From the NCBI GenBank assembly GCA_024280895.1, contig JAJRPI010000056.1:29314-93313 (forward strand): a stretch of DNA of 64,000 nucleotides. The letters run 5' to 3'. Each line of letters starts with the position of its first letter. The first letter of the stretch is position 1. A program made the position numbers and the translations under genes. Source of the stretch: Alphaproteobacteria bacterium (GTDB lineage: Bacteria; Pseudomonadota; Alphaproteobacteria; Rhizobiales; JAKIUO01). Under the pieces are notes generated by a model, which searched no databases, was not told the origin of the DNA, and saw only the letters and a list, made by a program, of their open reading frames with translations. Below are positions 9,371 through 20,157 of this stretch, in pieces.

Positions 9371-10933
9371 CTATTCCCACTCAATAGTCCCGGGCGGTTT
9401 GCTGGTGATATCGAACACGACGCGGTTGATACCGCGTACTTCGTTGATGATGCGGGTCGCCGTCTTATCCAAAAACTCATGCTCGAAGGGATAGTAATTT
9501 GCCGTCATGCCGTCGGTGGAGTTTACCGCGCGCAGGGCGCAGACATATTCGTATGTTCGGGCATCGCCCATGACGCCGACGGTTTGCACGGGGAGCAGTA
9601 CGGCAAAAGCCTGCCAGATTTCATCATATAATCCCGCCTTGCGGATCTGATCGAGATAGAGGGCATCGGCCTGTTGCAGGATGGCGACTTTTTCTCTTGT
9701 GATGGCGCCGGGGATGCGGATGGCAAGGCCGGGGCCGGGGAAGGGGTGGCGGCCAACGAAATGATCGGGCAGACCCAGTTCACGGCCAAGATTGCGCACC
9801 TCGTCTTTGAACAGCTCGCGCAGGGGTTCCACGAGCTGCATGTTCATACGCTCAGGCAGACCGCCAACATTATGGTGCGATTTGATGGTCACCGAGGGGC
9901 CACCGATAAAGGAGACGCTTTCGATAACATCGGGGTAGAGCGTGCCTTGCGCAAGGAAATCTGCGCCGCCGATCTTTTGGGCTTCTTCCTCGAACACATC
10001 AATGAACAGGCCGCCAATGATCTTGCGTTTCTTTTCGGGATCATCGACGCCTTCAAGGGCATCAAGGAAACGATCAGCGGCGTTCACATGGGTGAGCTTG
10101 ATATTATAGTGATCGCGGAACATGCCAACGACTTCATCGGCTTCACCTTGGCGCATGAGGCCATGATCGACAAAGATGCAGTTGAGCTGATCGCCAATGG
10201 CTTCTTGTAGCAGGACGGCAACAACGGAGCTATCAACGCCCCCCGACAAGCCGCAAATCACCTGACCGTCGCCGATCTGTTTTTTGACCTTGGCAAGCTC
10301 CATCTCGTGAAAGGCCTTCATGGTCCAGTCGCCAGAGCAGCCAGCGATCTTGTGGGTGAAATTATAGAGCAAGTCTTTGCCGATGGGTGTGTGTGCAACT
10401 TCGGGGTGAAACTGCACGGCATAATATTTGCGGGCTTCATCGGCGATGGCTGCAAACGGCGCGTTGTCCGAGGTGGCGGTGACGTGGAAGCCATCTGGGA
10501 TGCTGGTGACCTTGTCGCCATGAGACATCCAGACGGTGCTTTGCTCCCCGACCTTGAGGATACCGTCAAACAAGGGGCACTCATGAGTGAGGGTTATTTG
10601 CGCGCGGCCAAATTCGCGCTCGTCAGCTTCCTCGACGCCGCCGCCAAGTTGCGCCACCATGGTCTGTTCGCCATAGCAGATGCCAAGCACCGGGATGCCC
10701 GCATCAAAAACCTCTTTTGGTGCGGTGGGTGTGTCCATTTCCATAACGCTGGCAGGGCCGCCCGACAAGATAACGGCCTTGGGATTAAAGTCGGCGAAGG
10801 TTTCCGCTGCTTTATTAAACGGGTGGATTTCGCAATAGACGCCGCTTTCACGCACGCGCCGCGCGATCAATTGGGTAACCTGTGATCCAAAGTCAATAAT
10901 GAGGATGCGATCATCGGAGGAGTTGAGGCTCAT
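9371..10933 (-). CDS. guaA: GMP synthase (glutamine-hydrolysing)
   Basis: Start at [26 protein letters not shown]. GATase motif GICYGEQ. PP-loop SGGVDSSV. C-terminal PPGTIEWE. Confidence 0.97.
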   Translation of the reverse strand: MSLNSSDDRILIIDFGSQVTQLIARRVRESGVYCEIHPFNKAAETFADFNPKAVILSGGPASVMEMDTPTAPKEVFDAGIPVLGICYGEQTMVAQLGGGVEEADEREFGRAQITLTHECPLFDGILKVGEQSTVWMSHGDKVTSIPDGFHVTATSDNAPFAAIADEARKYYAVQFHPEVAHTPIGKDLLYNFTHKIAGCSGDWTMKAFHEMELAKVKKQIGDGQVICGLSGGVDSSVVAVLLQEAIGDQLNCIFVDHGLMRQGEADEVVGMFRDHYNIKLTHVNAADRFLDALEGVDDPEKKRKIIGGLFIDVFEEEAQKIGGADFLAQGTLYPDVIESVSFIGGPSVTIKSHHNVGGLPERMNMQLVEPLRELFKDEVRNLGRELGLPDHFVGRHPFPGPGLAIRIPGAITREKVAILQQADALYLDQIRKAGLYDEIWQAFAVLLPVQTVGVMGDARTYEYVCALRAVNSTDGMTANYYPFEHEFLDKTATRIINEVRGINRVVFDITSKPPGTIEWE

Positions 10934-11919
10934 ATCGGGGACTCTTTGCGTCTCGAGAAGAATTGTTTGCAAGCGATAGAGCAGCCGGGGCCGCAAGGTC
11001 AAGCAGCTTTGCTTTATATCCAAACGAATCAGTTGTGAGAAGAGCGTTGAATTCTTGAGAACAGTCGGGACGTCATGAAGCGGTAATCAAAGAATTTGGA
11101 GATGATTGAGCGCCATTGAATGTTTTGATCATCTAAGAGGTTTTTTACCATAAAAACCGCCTCGGACCCCTAAAAACACCGTCATATCAATTGGTTTTGG
11201 GATTTTAGTAGCGGGCCGTGGAGGGGGTGATTATGGATCGGATATGGGAGTGTTTCCCGATGTGGAACAGCTAAATTAAGTTTTAACGCTTTATTAACCA
11301 TAGTGGCGGGTTTTAGGCATCGAATCTTTGAAACTCCCCTGTTTTGGGGAGTTCGTGGGAGTTCCAAATTGCCTAAAAATATGTTATAGTGTGTGAACAA
11401 TGATACGGGTCCAGTAGAAACTCAAAATAATGAGAGCTTCTTTTGTGTGAGTTGGGATTTGATCAATTGTCCATGAAGGCCTGCCGCTAAATATTAGTGA
11501 TGGGACCGCCAAGACAAAAAGATCAAGTCTCCTTTTACCTTAAGGAGTATTTGGCGCGACATTGTGAGAGAGTTGAGCGGGGAGGCACTGCGAGTTTTGG
11601 ATATTGGGTCCAATAGCAGAAAACCGGTCAGCCAATTTGTATGAAAAAGGTGTGGCGACAAAGTTTCATCACTTGGTTGCCTTATAAGCGTAGTGGTAAG
11701 GAATTTCGTTTCGCGCAAAAATCAGGACTGCCTTCATGAAGGCGGCATGAAACCAAAAGAGATGCGCCGATCAAAATTCAAATCCAGCATGTACCTTGCT
11801 AATCATTGATGTGCACCCGTGTTTTTGAGCATGCGGGACACATTGGGACGTCCCATGATCCAAGACAGGCGAGCCTGTTTGGGGGAGGGCTGATGTTGAA
11901 CAGCGGAGAAAGTTGATAA

Positions 11920-12501
11920 ATGGCCGATAAAAAGAACGTGACACAGAGAAAAGGTTTCAAGACCGGAGAATTCGTCGTTTACCCAGCTCATGGTGTGGGT
12001 GTGGTGACTGGTATCGAAAAACATGAAGTTGCTGGTGCAGAACTGGAAATGTTCGTCATTCATTTCGAGCAGGACAAGCTGACTTTGCGGGTGCCAACCG
12101 CCAAGGTTCATGATGTTGGTATGCGTAAATTGTCAGATAAGATATTGGCTAAAAAAGTCATGACCTTGTTGAAAGGCAAGCCACGCGTCAAGCGCACCAT
12201 GTGGAGCCGCCGTGCTCAGGAATATGAAGCCAAGATCAATTCTGGCGATCTGTCACTTGTTGCTGAAGTCGTGCGCGACCTTTATCGCGGTGAAGATCAG
12301 CCAGAACAGTCTTATTCGGAACGTCAGCTCTATGAAGCTGCGTTAGAGCGCATGGCTCGCGAAATCGCTGCGGTTAATAAATGCAGCCAAAAAGAAGCAG
12401 TTGATCGCATCATTGAAGTGCTCTCCAAGAGCGCTAAGGCGTTGCGCAAGGCGGCTGAAAGTGCAGCTGCCAAAGAAGCAGAAGAAGGCAAAGCTGCTTA
12501 A
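11920..12501 (+). CDS. carD: CarD/CdnL family RNA-polymerase-binding transcription regulator
   Basis: FKTGEFVVYPAHGVGVVTGIEKHEVAGAELEMFVIHF...LRVP is the CarD_CdnL_TRCF domain. The C-terminal tail is Lys/Ala/Glu-rich. Confidence 0.9.
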   Translation: MADKKNVTQRKGFKTGEFVVYPAHGVGVVTGIEKHEVAGAELEMFVIHFEQDKLTLRVPTAKVHDVGMRKLSDKILAKKVMTLLKGKPRVKRTMWSRRAQEYEAKINSGDLSLVAEVVRDLYRGEDQPEQSYSERQLYEAALERMAREIAAVNKCSQKEAVDRIIEVLSKSAKALRKAAESAAAKEAEEGKAA

Positions 12502-12516
12502 GCCAGCTTTTTGGGG

Positions 12517-12535
12517 AGACGGGGCGACCCGTTTC
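12517..12535 (+). terminator. Weak candidate terminator after carD
   Basis: agacggg-gcga-cccgttt stem-loop followed by a short T/C stretch. The stem is short. Confidence 0.3.
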
Positions 12536-12823
12536 CAGCGACCTGGCCATTTGATAAATATCCCCGGCAGGACCTCTTGTCATTGAGGCCCTGCTGGCGC
12601 GATGTTTCCCATTTTTTTAAAGTTATTCGTTCCTACAATCTCGTTGTTGCCTGTTAGGTGCAGAGCTTATTGGCGCTTGCGTGATTGATGAAAATCAACC
12701 TGTGACTATTTTATTTGTTTCTTGATTGAAATTCTGAAGGACGGTTGAATTTCGCTCAAGAAATGGTGTACACTCCATACTATCTCTATGAAATATGGTG
12801 ATAAGTTTACTGTTGCGTGAGGT

Positions 12824-14179
12824 ATGCTTGGGGGCGTTGTAATGATTTGGTCCAGTAGATTTTATGTCGGGCTTGCCTTGGCTATGCTCGTTTGTAGCGC
12901 TTCAGCAAATGCGTCGATCAATGCGAACGGCGATATTGGTGTGCAGCGGTTTTTCTTTTTTGGCGCCGTAATAGACAAGAAACCTGCCTCGGCCAGTAAA
13001 TCCACACAAAAGTGTCGCACCAATACCCGGGTTGCCAGCCTGCTCAAGAAATATGATCACGCCATAAAGCGCTATCTTCGCAGCAAAACCAGATCCATCC
13101 TGCTGAAAAATACGCCGCGCATTAGAGAGGGTATGACCCTGTCTGATTATTTTGCGGACTATCGGGATTATTCGATTTTCATCCGCACTCAAACCCTGCA
13201 AGATTTTCCGGTTAAAAACCTCAATGTGCGCAAGAAATTCTATATCTGGAAAGAAGGGGACAAGATCATTATGGGATCTGATGTGATGTTGATGTCGCAA
13301 AAGACCCAGGATGCGGTGATCGAGCGGGTGATCGGCAAGGCGCGCCGCAAATGGGCGGCCGACGAGTATCACCGGGTTGCAGAAAAAACCAAACGTGTCG
13401 CCAATGCCACCTCGTTCAAGCTGGATTGCCAGCATACCGCTGATCTCAACGGCTTGGTGAATAAGGCCATAACGGACCTGATGTCGAAAGATGATCACCG
13501 GGTTGTTTCGCCGCGCACATTCGATAAATTGCTGACCATTTTACGTGCTTATATCACTTTCAACTATTACAAGGATTTGTCTCGCGACGAGTTTGACCAG
13601 CGCTTCAAGGAGCTGGGACGCAAGGAAGGGCGCGGGCGTTGGACGCATCAAAAACTCACACGCCTGCTTGGTCTGCATGAAATGGGCCGCATTGAGAGTA
13701 ATAGGGCTTTTCGCAAAACCTATGAGGAAGCGATCACACGGGCAGCCAAAGGGACGCCGCACATTCCGCGCAAATGGATAGAAGAAATTATCTGGATTGA
13801 AACCAAGGGCGACCCCATGACCATTTCACGGGCCGGGGCCTATGGGTTGATGCAATTGATGCCACTGGTCTATATCGGCATGGGACCGGAAAAAGCGCGC
13901 ACCATTCCCCTATCGTTTGAGCGGACCATCAATCCGTTTAACGCCGAAAATAATATTGTGCGCGGTGCTGTTTTTCTTGGAAAATTGCAGCGTATGCTGA
14001 AACCGCATATGCGCGGATATGCCCGTTCGACGCAAAAGAAAATCATTTTTCACGCCTATAATGGTGGTGTCACACGGGTCATCAGATTGCTGAAAAAACA
14101 TGGGCTTGGCTATCGCGCCCATCTGCCGGGCGAAACCAAAGCATATATGGATAAGCTGGCCGATTTCCCGCAACGCTGA
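12824..14179 (+). CDS. Secreted lytic transglycosylase (SLT domain) with a large N-terminal domain of unknown function
   Basis: Signal-like N-terminus (ALAMLVCSASANA). SLT catalytic motif IIWIETKGDPMTISRAGAYGLMQLMP. Confidence 0.8.
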   Translation: MLGGVVMIWSSRFYVGLALAMLVCSASANASINANGDIGVQRFFFFGAVIDKKPASASKSTQKCRTNTRVASLLKKYDHAIKRYLRSKTRSILLKNTPRIREGMTLSDYFADYRDYSIFIRTQTLQDFPVKNLNVRKKFYIWKEGDKIIMGSDVMLMSQKTQDAVIERVIGKARRKWAADEYHRVAEKTKRVANATSFKLDCQHTADLNGLVNKAITDLMSKDDHRVVSPRTFDKLLTILRAYITFNYYKDLSRDEFDQRFKELGRKEGRGRWTHQKLTRLLGLHEMGRIESNRAFRKTYEEAITRAAKGTPHIPRKWIEEIIWIETKGDPMTISRAGAYGLMQLMPLVYIGMGPEKARTIPLSFERTINPFNAENNIVRGAVFLGKLQRMLKPHMRGYARSTQKKIIFHAYNGGVTRVIRLLKKHGLGYRAHLPGETKAYMDKLADFPQR

Positions 14180-14233
14180 GCTTGCTGCGAGAATTTCAGA
14201 CCGCCTGCGCCCCGAACTTATTGCCGATCTTTC

Positions 14234-15214
14234 CTAGCTTTTCACATTAACAAGGATGCGCCCGCGGATTTCCCCTGTGAGCAGATTGCTGGCGGTTTTA
14301 ATAACCTCATCCAGGCTTATTTCATTGGTCATCGCAGCGAGCTTGTTCCTGTCGAGATCGCGCGCCAAAGCGGTCCAGGCGGCGATGCGCTTGGCTGTGG
14401 GGGCATAGACGCTATCGACGCCGCACAAGGTAACCCCGCGCAAGATGAACGGCATCACAGAGGAGGGGAAGTCAAAGCCTTGCGCCAGGCCACAAGCTGC
14501 GACCACGCCGCCATATTTTAGCGATGCGCAGATATTTGCCAGCGTATGACTGCCCGCCACATCAATGGCTCCGGCCCAGCGCTCTTTTTGCAAGGGGCGG
14601 CCAGCTTGGGCCAGCTCGGCGCGGTCAATGATGGTGCTGGCACCAAGGTCATTGAGATAGTCCGCTTGCGATTGTACGCCTCTGGTGGAGGCGGTGACGC
14701 TAAACCCGCCTTTGGCCAGCAATGCGATGGCAACAGATCCAACACCGCCTGTTGCACCCGTCACTAAAATATCGCCACTGGCAGGCGTAATGCCGTGATC
14801 TTCCAGCGCCGACACGCAAAGCTGTGCCGTATAGCCAGCCGTGCCAATGGCCATCGCATCTTTGGTGGTAAAGCCATCGGGGAGCTTGATCAGCCAATCC
14901 GCGTTGAGACGGGCCTTTTGCGCAAGGCCGCCCCAATGCAGTTCGCCAACGCCATGACCGTTGAGCACCACCTTGTCACCAGCCGCAAAATCGGGGCTGG
15001 CACTCTCAATGACCTCGCCAGCCAGATCAATGCCCGGCACCATGGGGAAGTTGCGCACCACGGGGCCTTTGCCAGTGATGGCCAGCGCATCCTTGTAATT
15101 GAGCGTTGAATATTCGACCTGCACCAGCACATCTTCATCGGGAAGCTGGCTTTGCTCAATTTGCGTGAGCGTTGCCGCATGGCCATCATCATTGGTGATC
15201 AAGATTGCTTTCAT
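14234..15214 (-). CDS. acuI: YhdH/AcuI-family NADPH-dependent oxidoreductase (acrylyl-CoA reductase-like MDR)
   Basis: Start at MKAILI. YSTLNYKDALAITGKGPVVRNFPMVPGIDLAG and VTGATGGVGSVAIALL are typical of the YhdH subgroup. Confidence 0.8.
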   Translation of the reverse strand: MKAILITNDDGHAATLTQIEQSQLPDEDVLVQVEYSTLNYKDALAITGKGPVVRNFPMVPGIDLAGEVIESASPDFAAGDKVVLNGHGVGELHWGGLAQKARLNADWLIKLPDGFTTKDAMAIGTAGYTAQLCVSALEDHGITPASGDILVTGATGGVGSVAIALLAKGGFSVTASTRGVQSQADYLNDLGASTIIDRAELAQAGRPLQKERWAGAIDVAGSHTLANICASLKYGGVVAACGLAQGFDFPSSVMPFILRGVTLCGVDSVYAPTAKRIAAWTALARDLDRNKLAAMTNEISLDEVIKTASNLLTGEIRGRILVNVKS

Positions 15215-15304
15215 GGGATGGTTCCTTATTGATTTTGAGCAAAGTGTAATTAGTCCATGATGATCCGTCAAAACAAACGTCAGGAAAAGAAGCAGTCCTT
15301 CTTG

Positions 15305-16138
15305 TTATTCTTCTTCCAAAAGCTCAATCTGCTCTTTGTGGGTGACTTTTATCACCGGGCCATTCCAGCGCTCAATCCAGCCGCGCACCCTGATACGGCG
15401 ACCCATCAGTTTTTCAAGCGCCAGCCCGTCGCGTTCGATGCTTCGCTTGTATTTCTTCTTGATGGCAATGGTGAAATCTTTGCGCCAATCATCGCCAAAA
15501 TTGAGAAATACCCATCTTTTGACAATGGCGACCTTGCGCACGCGCCCCTCCACCAGTGTGAAGCGGTATCTTTGGCGCAATAATTGTTTTAGCTGCAAGG
15601 CTGGTTGGGGCTGAAAGTTTTTGTATCGCCACAGGCCGTGCTGGCCCTCGCGGGCGGTTTTTTCCAGCGCCAGCATTTGTTGCATGCACGAGCGATTGTC
15701 GCGATATGAATAACTGCGCGCCAGCCCGGCGCGTAGCAAAAGTCCCTGTATCCACGTCCCGTCAACGCCATAGACATGGGCCAAGAGGCGGTCATAGCGA
15801 TCATGAGCGCGCCCGCTCTGGTGCAGTTCAACCCTCTTGCCCACGACTTCTTGGTGCAAAAGCTTGATGGCCTTTGCTCCGATGGCGTTGAGATTTTTGG
15901 CCATATTGCTGGTGGGCTGGTCAAATTGCCTGACCGGCATGACACCGATAAGGCGCACCAGTTCGCCGCTTTTAAGCTGTAGAACACCGTCTTTAAAAAC
16001 TTTTGTAACAAGGGCAGATCGTTGATGTTTCGCCTTGCAGGGGAGCGCGGATTGAGGCTCCAGTGCGGGGGCTGGGGAGGCTAAAACCAGGGACACAAGA
16101 GCAATCAACACTAATTTGCGTTTGAGGTGGCCGATCAT
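15305..16138 (-). CDS. Secreted thermonuclease (SNase-like) family protein
   Basis: Signal peptide LIALVSLVLASPAPA. SNase-like segments VRLIGVMPV and YDRLLAHVY...WIQGLLLRAGLARSY. Confidence 0.7.
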   Translation of the reverse strand: MIGHLKRKLVLIALVSLVLASPAPALEPQSALPCKAKHQRSALVTKVFKDGVLQLKSGELVRLIGVMPVRQFDQPTSNMAKNLNAIGAKAIKLLHQEVVGKRVELHQSGRAHDRYDRLLAHVYGVDGTWIQGLLLRAGLARSYSYRDNRSCMQQMLALEKTAREGQHGLWRYKNFQPQPALQLKQLLRQRYRFTLVEGRVRKVAIVKRWVFLNFGDDWRKDFTIAIKKKYKRSIERDGLALEKLMGRRIRVRGWIERWNGPVIKVTHKEQIELLEEE

Positions 16139-16192
16139 CCGTGGTTAATTTCCTCTAACGCAATCCATCGATTCTCTTGATGCAACCATTTT

Positions 16193-18418
16193 ATGAGTCC
16201 CATGCAATCTCGTACAGAACAAACTGGCCCGCTTGAGCTTACAGGCCAAAATGAAACCCTCAAAGGTCAGGTGGACGGTATCACCTTTCACAATGAGGAA
16301 AACGGCTATTGCGTTTTGCGCATCAAGCTGCGCGATGCGCGTGAGCTCATTAATGTGGTGGGGCATGTGGCCAGTATATCGGTGGGCGAGATGATTGAGG
16401 CCACGGGCAACTGGGTCAATGATGCGCGCTTTGGCCAGCAATTTCGCGCCGTTACCATGCACGTGGTGCCCCCAGAAACGATCGATGCCATTGAGCGCTA
16501 TTTGGCAAGCGGCATGATCAAGGGGTTGGGTCCCAAATATGCCAGCAAGCTGGTTGCCGCATTTGGTGACAAGGTTTTTGAGGTCATAGAGCATGAACCG
16601 GCTCGTTTGCGTGATATTGACGGCATTGGTAAAATGCGCGCCCAGATCATTATGGAAAGTTTCCATGATCAAAAAGTGGTGCGCGAGATCATGATGTTTT
16701 TGTCCTCACACGGCATTGGCACCCAGCGCGCCGTGCGTATCTACAAGACCTATGGCGCCAAGGCCATGGATCTGATCTGCGCCAACCCTTACAGGCTTGC
16801 CACTGATATCAGAGGCATTGGCTTCAAGATGGCGGACAGTATTGCCATGTCGCTGGGCGTTGAGAAAACCTCTCCCATGCGCGCCAGGGCCGGTATTTCT
16901 TATGTTCTGTCAGAAGCCATGAATGAAGGCCATTGCGGTTTGCCACGCGCGGATCTCTATGAGATGTCAGAGCGATTGTTGCAGATCCCCGACGATATTA
17001 TTGAAGAGGCGCTGGAACATGAGGTGAGCGAACATAATGTGCTGCTGGAGGACCTGGGGTCGCACAAGGCTGTTTTTTTGCGGGATCTATTTGAGGCTGA
17101 ACATGGCATCGCTGGTAATTTCAAGCGATTGATGAGCGATAATCCCCCCTGGGACGAGGTGGATCTTGATGGGCGTCTGCCGGAACTTGAGCGCGAAAGT
17201 GGTCTTGAATTTGCCGATAGTCAGGTAAAGGCGCTATCGCTTGCGCTAAAGTCGCGTATTTTGGTGATCACTGGCGGTCCTGGGGTCGGCAAGACCACCT
17301 TGATCAACACTATCATCAAGCTGGTGTCTGAGAGCGACACGGATCTGGAGATTACCCTTTGCGCACCAACCGGGCGCGCAGCCAAACGCATGTCGGAAAC
17401 CACGGGTTTGGAAGCCAAGACGATCCATCGTCTGCTGGAGAGCGATCCCTCTTCTGGCGGCTTCAGGCGCGATGAAGAAGACCCGTTAAGCTGCGATTAT
17501 CTGATCTGTGATGAAACCTCAATGGTCGATGTACCCTTGATGTACGCCTTGACGCGGGCGCTTCCCGATAAGGCGGCTTTGTTGTTGGTGGGAGATATTG
17601 ACCAGCTGCCATCGGTTGGGCCGGGGCAGGTTCTTGGCGATATTATCGAAAGCGGTTATGTGCCGGTTGTGCGCTTGACGGAGGTTTTTCGCCAGGCCCG
17701 CGAAAGCCGTATTATATTGAATGCCCATAAAATCAATAGTGGAGAGCTGCCAGATCTCGACAAGCCTTCAGGGGACAGTGATTTCTACTTTGTCGAGGCG
17801 GCTAGCGAGGCCAAGGGGCGCGAGAAAATCATCGAGCTGATTTCGAACCGCATCCCGCGCGGATTTTCGATGGATCCCATGCGCGACGTTCAGATTTTAA
17901 CCCCCATGAACCGTGGGGGGTTGGGCACACGCTCCCTTAATATCGAGCTGCAAAATGTTCTTAACCCGGAAAAGCCGGGTCAGCCCAAAGTGCAAAGATT
18001 TGGCTGGACCTATCGCCCCGGCGACAAGGTCATGCAGACCACCAATGATTATGATCGCGATGTTTTCAATGGCGATCTTGGCTATATTATCTCTATTGAT
18101 GAAGCGGAAAGCGAAATGGTCATCGATTTCGATGGCCGTGATGTGGTGTTTGACTTTAGCGATCTTGATAATCTGACGCTGGCTTATGCGACCACCATTC
18201 ATAAATCGCAAGGGTCCGAATATCCCGCCATCATTATGGTTATGACCATGCAGCATTTTCCCATGCTGGAGCGCAATTTGATCTATACTGGCGTAACGCG
18301 CGGCCGCCAGCTGGTGCTGCTGGTGGGGGAAGTGCGGGCCATCGCAAAAGCCGTCAAGGGCGACCGGCAACGACATCGCTGGACTAGGCTAAAAGAGAAT
18401 TTGTGCGAGAACGGGTGA
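16193..18418 (+). CDS. recD2: RecD2-type SF1B ATP-dependent DNA helicase
   Basis: 741 aa. Walker A GGPGVGKTT. LICDETSMVD, LVGDIDQLPSVGPG, AYATTIHKSQGSEYP. Confidence 0.9.
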   Translation: MSPMQSRTEQTGPLELTGQNETLKGQVDGITFHNEENGYCVLRIKLRDARELINVVGHVASISVGEMIEATGNWVNDARFGQQFRAVTMHVVPPETIDAIERYLASGMIKGLGPKYASKLVAAFGDKVFEVIEHEPARLRDIDGIGKMRAQIIMESFHDQKVVREIMMFLSSHGIGTQRAVRIYKTYGAKAMDLICANPYRLATDIRGIGFKMADSIAMSLGVEKTSPMRARAGISYVLSEAMNEGHCGLPRADLYEMSERLLQIPDDIIEEALEHEVSEHNVLLEDLGSHKAVFLRDLFEAEHGIAGNFKRLMSDNPPWDEVDLDGRLPELERESGLEFADSQVKALSLALKSRILVITGGPGVGKTTLINTIIKLVSESDTDLEITLCAPTGRAAKRMSETTGLEAKTIHRLLESDPSSGGFRRDEEDPLSCDYLICDETSMVDVPLMYALTRALPDKAALLLVGDIDQLPSVGPGQVLGDIIESGYVPVVRLTEVFRQARESRIILNAHKINSGELPDLDKPSGDSDFYFVEAASEAKGREKIIELISNRIPRGFSMDPMRDVQILTPMNRGGLGTRSLNIELQNVLNPEKPGQPKVQRFGWTYRPGDKVMQTTNDYDRDVFNGDLGYIISIDEAESEMVIDFDGRDVVFDFSDLDNLTLAYATTIHKSQGSEYPAIIMVMTMQHFPMLERNLIYTGVTRGRQLVLLVGEVRAIAKAVKGDRQRHRWTRLKENLCENG

Positions 18419-19122
18419 TGAAATATCCAAATACCAGCCTATGGGCCGCGCTTGATGATGATCTGTTGGTGGTCAATGATGACAATAGCAGTTTGCTTCT
18501 TTCTTTGATTGATTGCGGCACCTTGAGCCTTTCGTCTGGCAAGCTTGTGGTGTGCGATCCTTTTGCCGGTTTGCGCAAGCAAGACAATCTCTATGTGCCG
18601 GTGCCAAAGGGGCGCTTTCGCGTCGTTGTTACCCTCGCTGATGTGAGTGACGCAAAAGATGGCTCTCATATGCGAGAAGCCTATGCCACAATATTGCTTG
18701 ATGAGGAGGCCAGTGAAGTTTGCCGAAAGATCATAACACCTGTTAAGGGCACTAAAAACGTCCGCGCACAAATTGGTGATGATGGCACTTATGCTGGTTT
18801 TTTTGTCGATGCAGGAACCGCGTCATTTGTTGACGCTGAATCGGTCAGCAAATTTATGCCAAGTGAAGACCTGTGGTATAAGCAGGTTTTCGAAAATACT
18901 AGAGATGACAGCTGGTTTAAGCTGATGGATAATCCAGACCATATTCGTGCTGGGCTAGCCAATATCAAATTGCCACTTGCCAGTCAGGGTGAAAATATCA
19001 TCCTTGTTCATTCGGGTTGGGGCGATGGGGTTTATCCCGTGATTGGTGGTTATGACAAGGCGGGGAACCTTATGCGGGTTCACATTGATTTTCAGGTCGT
19101 GATTGCACAAAGCGCCCAATAA
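18418..19122 (+). CDS. DUF4241-like protein
   Basis: The start ATG shares one base (18418) with the recD2 stop (TGATG). GKLVVCDPF and HSGWGDGVYPVIGGYD...VHIDF resemble DUF4241. The family call is from memory. Confidence 0.5.
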   Translation: MKYPNTSLWAALDDDLLVVNDDNSSLLLSLIDCGTLSLSSGKLVVCDPFAGLRKQDNLYVPVPKGRFRVVVTLADVSDAKDGSHMREAYATILLDEEASEVCRKIITPVKGTKNVRAQIGDDGTYAGFFVDAGTASFVDAESVSKFMPSEDLWYKQVFENTRDDSWFKLMDNPDHIRAGLANIKLPLASQGENIILVHSGWGDGVYPVIGGYDKAGNLMRVHIDFQVVIAQSAQ

Positions 19123-19420
19123 CAACAATATCGTTGCATTTACGGTGAGAGGATTTGATAGTAAAGTGAGAACAAATAGCTTGCTCGATGCGCCATTTTC
19201 TCATGATGTTGACATATTCATGTCTGAAACTTGTCAGAGATTGCATTTGGAGCTGGTGAGAAGATATCCATTCTATGGGGGGTATTTCAAATAAGTGCAA
19301 ACCCTCATATAATGAGCCAGAATAATTGAACCAACAGGGTTCGCATTGCGACTAATAGTGAGATCCTTATCATTGGGCAAACCAGGATTTCTAAAGACGA
19401 TCAGCAAGAGGAATAGAGTT

Positions 19421-20149
19421 ATGACGGGACCAAATGAAACACCGGGAAATGACAAGACAATTGGCGATCGCGCCGTTGATTTTGTAGAAAATGCCGGTTC
19501 ACAAGTTGAAAATGTTGTAGAAGGGGTGATCGGCGAAGATCATCTCGTTGTTCGCAAGACAAAAAAGGCCTGGCGGTTTTTCTTGTTATATCCGGCCGTT
19601 TTCGGTGTGCTGCTCGGGGCTATTCCCACCGGCATCGATCTTTACAAGAGTTTTAAATACGGCATTTCGGTATCAGATGTTGCGCACGCTGAAAAACAGA
19701 AAAACTTATGGATCAAGAATATTCGTTGTGTGCAAAATCTTAGCTATCATACCGTGAAGACGGAAGATAAATCGACGGTTCAGATCGGCGCTTGTCAGAA
19801 CGGCGATGTATTGATCGAATTGATCCCCAAAGATGGTGGCACACAGGTTGCCGAATGGGTTTCCCTGGATCGCGCCAAAGCGGCGGCTGCTGCCAATTCA
19901 GTTGGCTCTTTGTTGTTTTCAAAAGCTTTCGCATCTGGCATAAGCGCTGCGGCTGCGGCTGCGGCTGCGGCATCAGGTGGCGGCACGGTGAAAACCGTAT
20001 GCACAAGCATCAATCCAGAGGAGCAGATGATCGAGCGGATCGTCAAGCGTGGCAATGTGTGTACAAGAGAGGTCAATAATATGATCACTCGCAAATCGAT
20101 CAAAACAGAAGTGGTGTCGTGCGATACGAAGTGCATGCCAATGAAATAG
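19421..20149 (+). CDS. Hypothetical single-pass membrane protein, Cys-rich ectodomain, poly-Ala tract
   Basis: GAGGA RBS 8 nt before ATG 19421. One TM helix (FFLLYPAVFGVLLGAIPTGI). Seven Cys downstream. No recognised domain. Confidence 0.55.
   Translation: MTGPNETPGNDKTIGDRAVDFVENAGSQVENVVEGVIGEDHLVVRKTKKAWRFFLLYPAVFGVLLGAIPTGIDLYKSFKYGISVSDVAHAEKQKNLWIKNIRCVQNLSYHTVKTEDKSTVQIGACQNGDVLIELIPKDGGTQVAEWVSLDRAKAAAAANSVGSLLFSKAFASGISAAAAAAAAASGGGTVKTVCTSINPEEQMIERIVKRGNVCTREVNNMITRKSIKTEVVSCDTKCMPMK
19946..19971 (+). repeat. Hexanucleotide microsatellite (GCTGCG)x4 plus a partial unit, encoding poly-Ala
   Basis: gctgcg gctgcg gctgcg gctgcg gc, read directly. It is in frame within the 19421-20149 CDS (AAAAAAAAA). 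Confidence 0.9.
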
Positions 20150-20157
20150 GGCAAGCT

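Noticed and set aside
8891-9631. 246-aa ORF spanning the REP cluster and running antisense into guaA (also 8991..9224 and 9246..9494)
   Set aside because: The translation consists of REP-encoded peptides (SFLRRQGSI, TPAFAGVTL) plus guaA antisense. There is no coding signal.
11024-11919. tRNA, tmRNA, RNase P, SRP or 6S RNA in the large guaA-carD spacer (also checked other intergenic regions)
   Set aside because: I found no T-loop GTTCGAATC-type motif, no tag-peptide reading frame, and no conserved RNase P or SRP cores by eye. This should be re-checked with covariance models.
16145-16672. 175-aa minus-strand ORF
   Set aside because: Antisense to the 5' end of recD2.
19328-19342. GAACCaacagGGTTC upstream of the 19421 gene
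   Set aside because: It is an inverted repeat, not the direct-repeat alphaproteobacterial LexA motif. A 5-bp stem alone is not significant.
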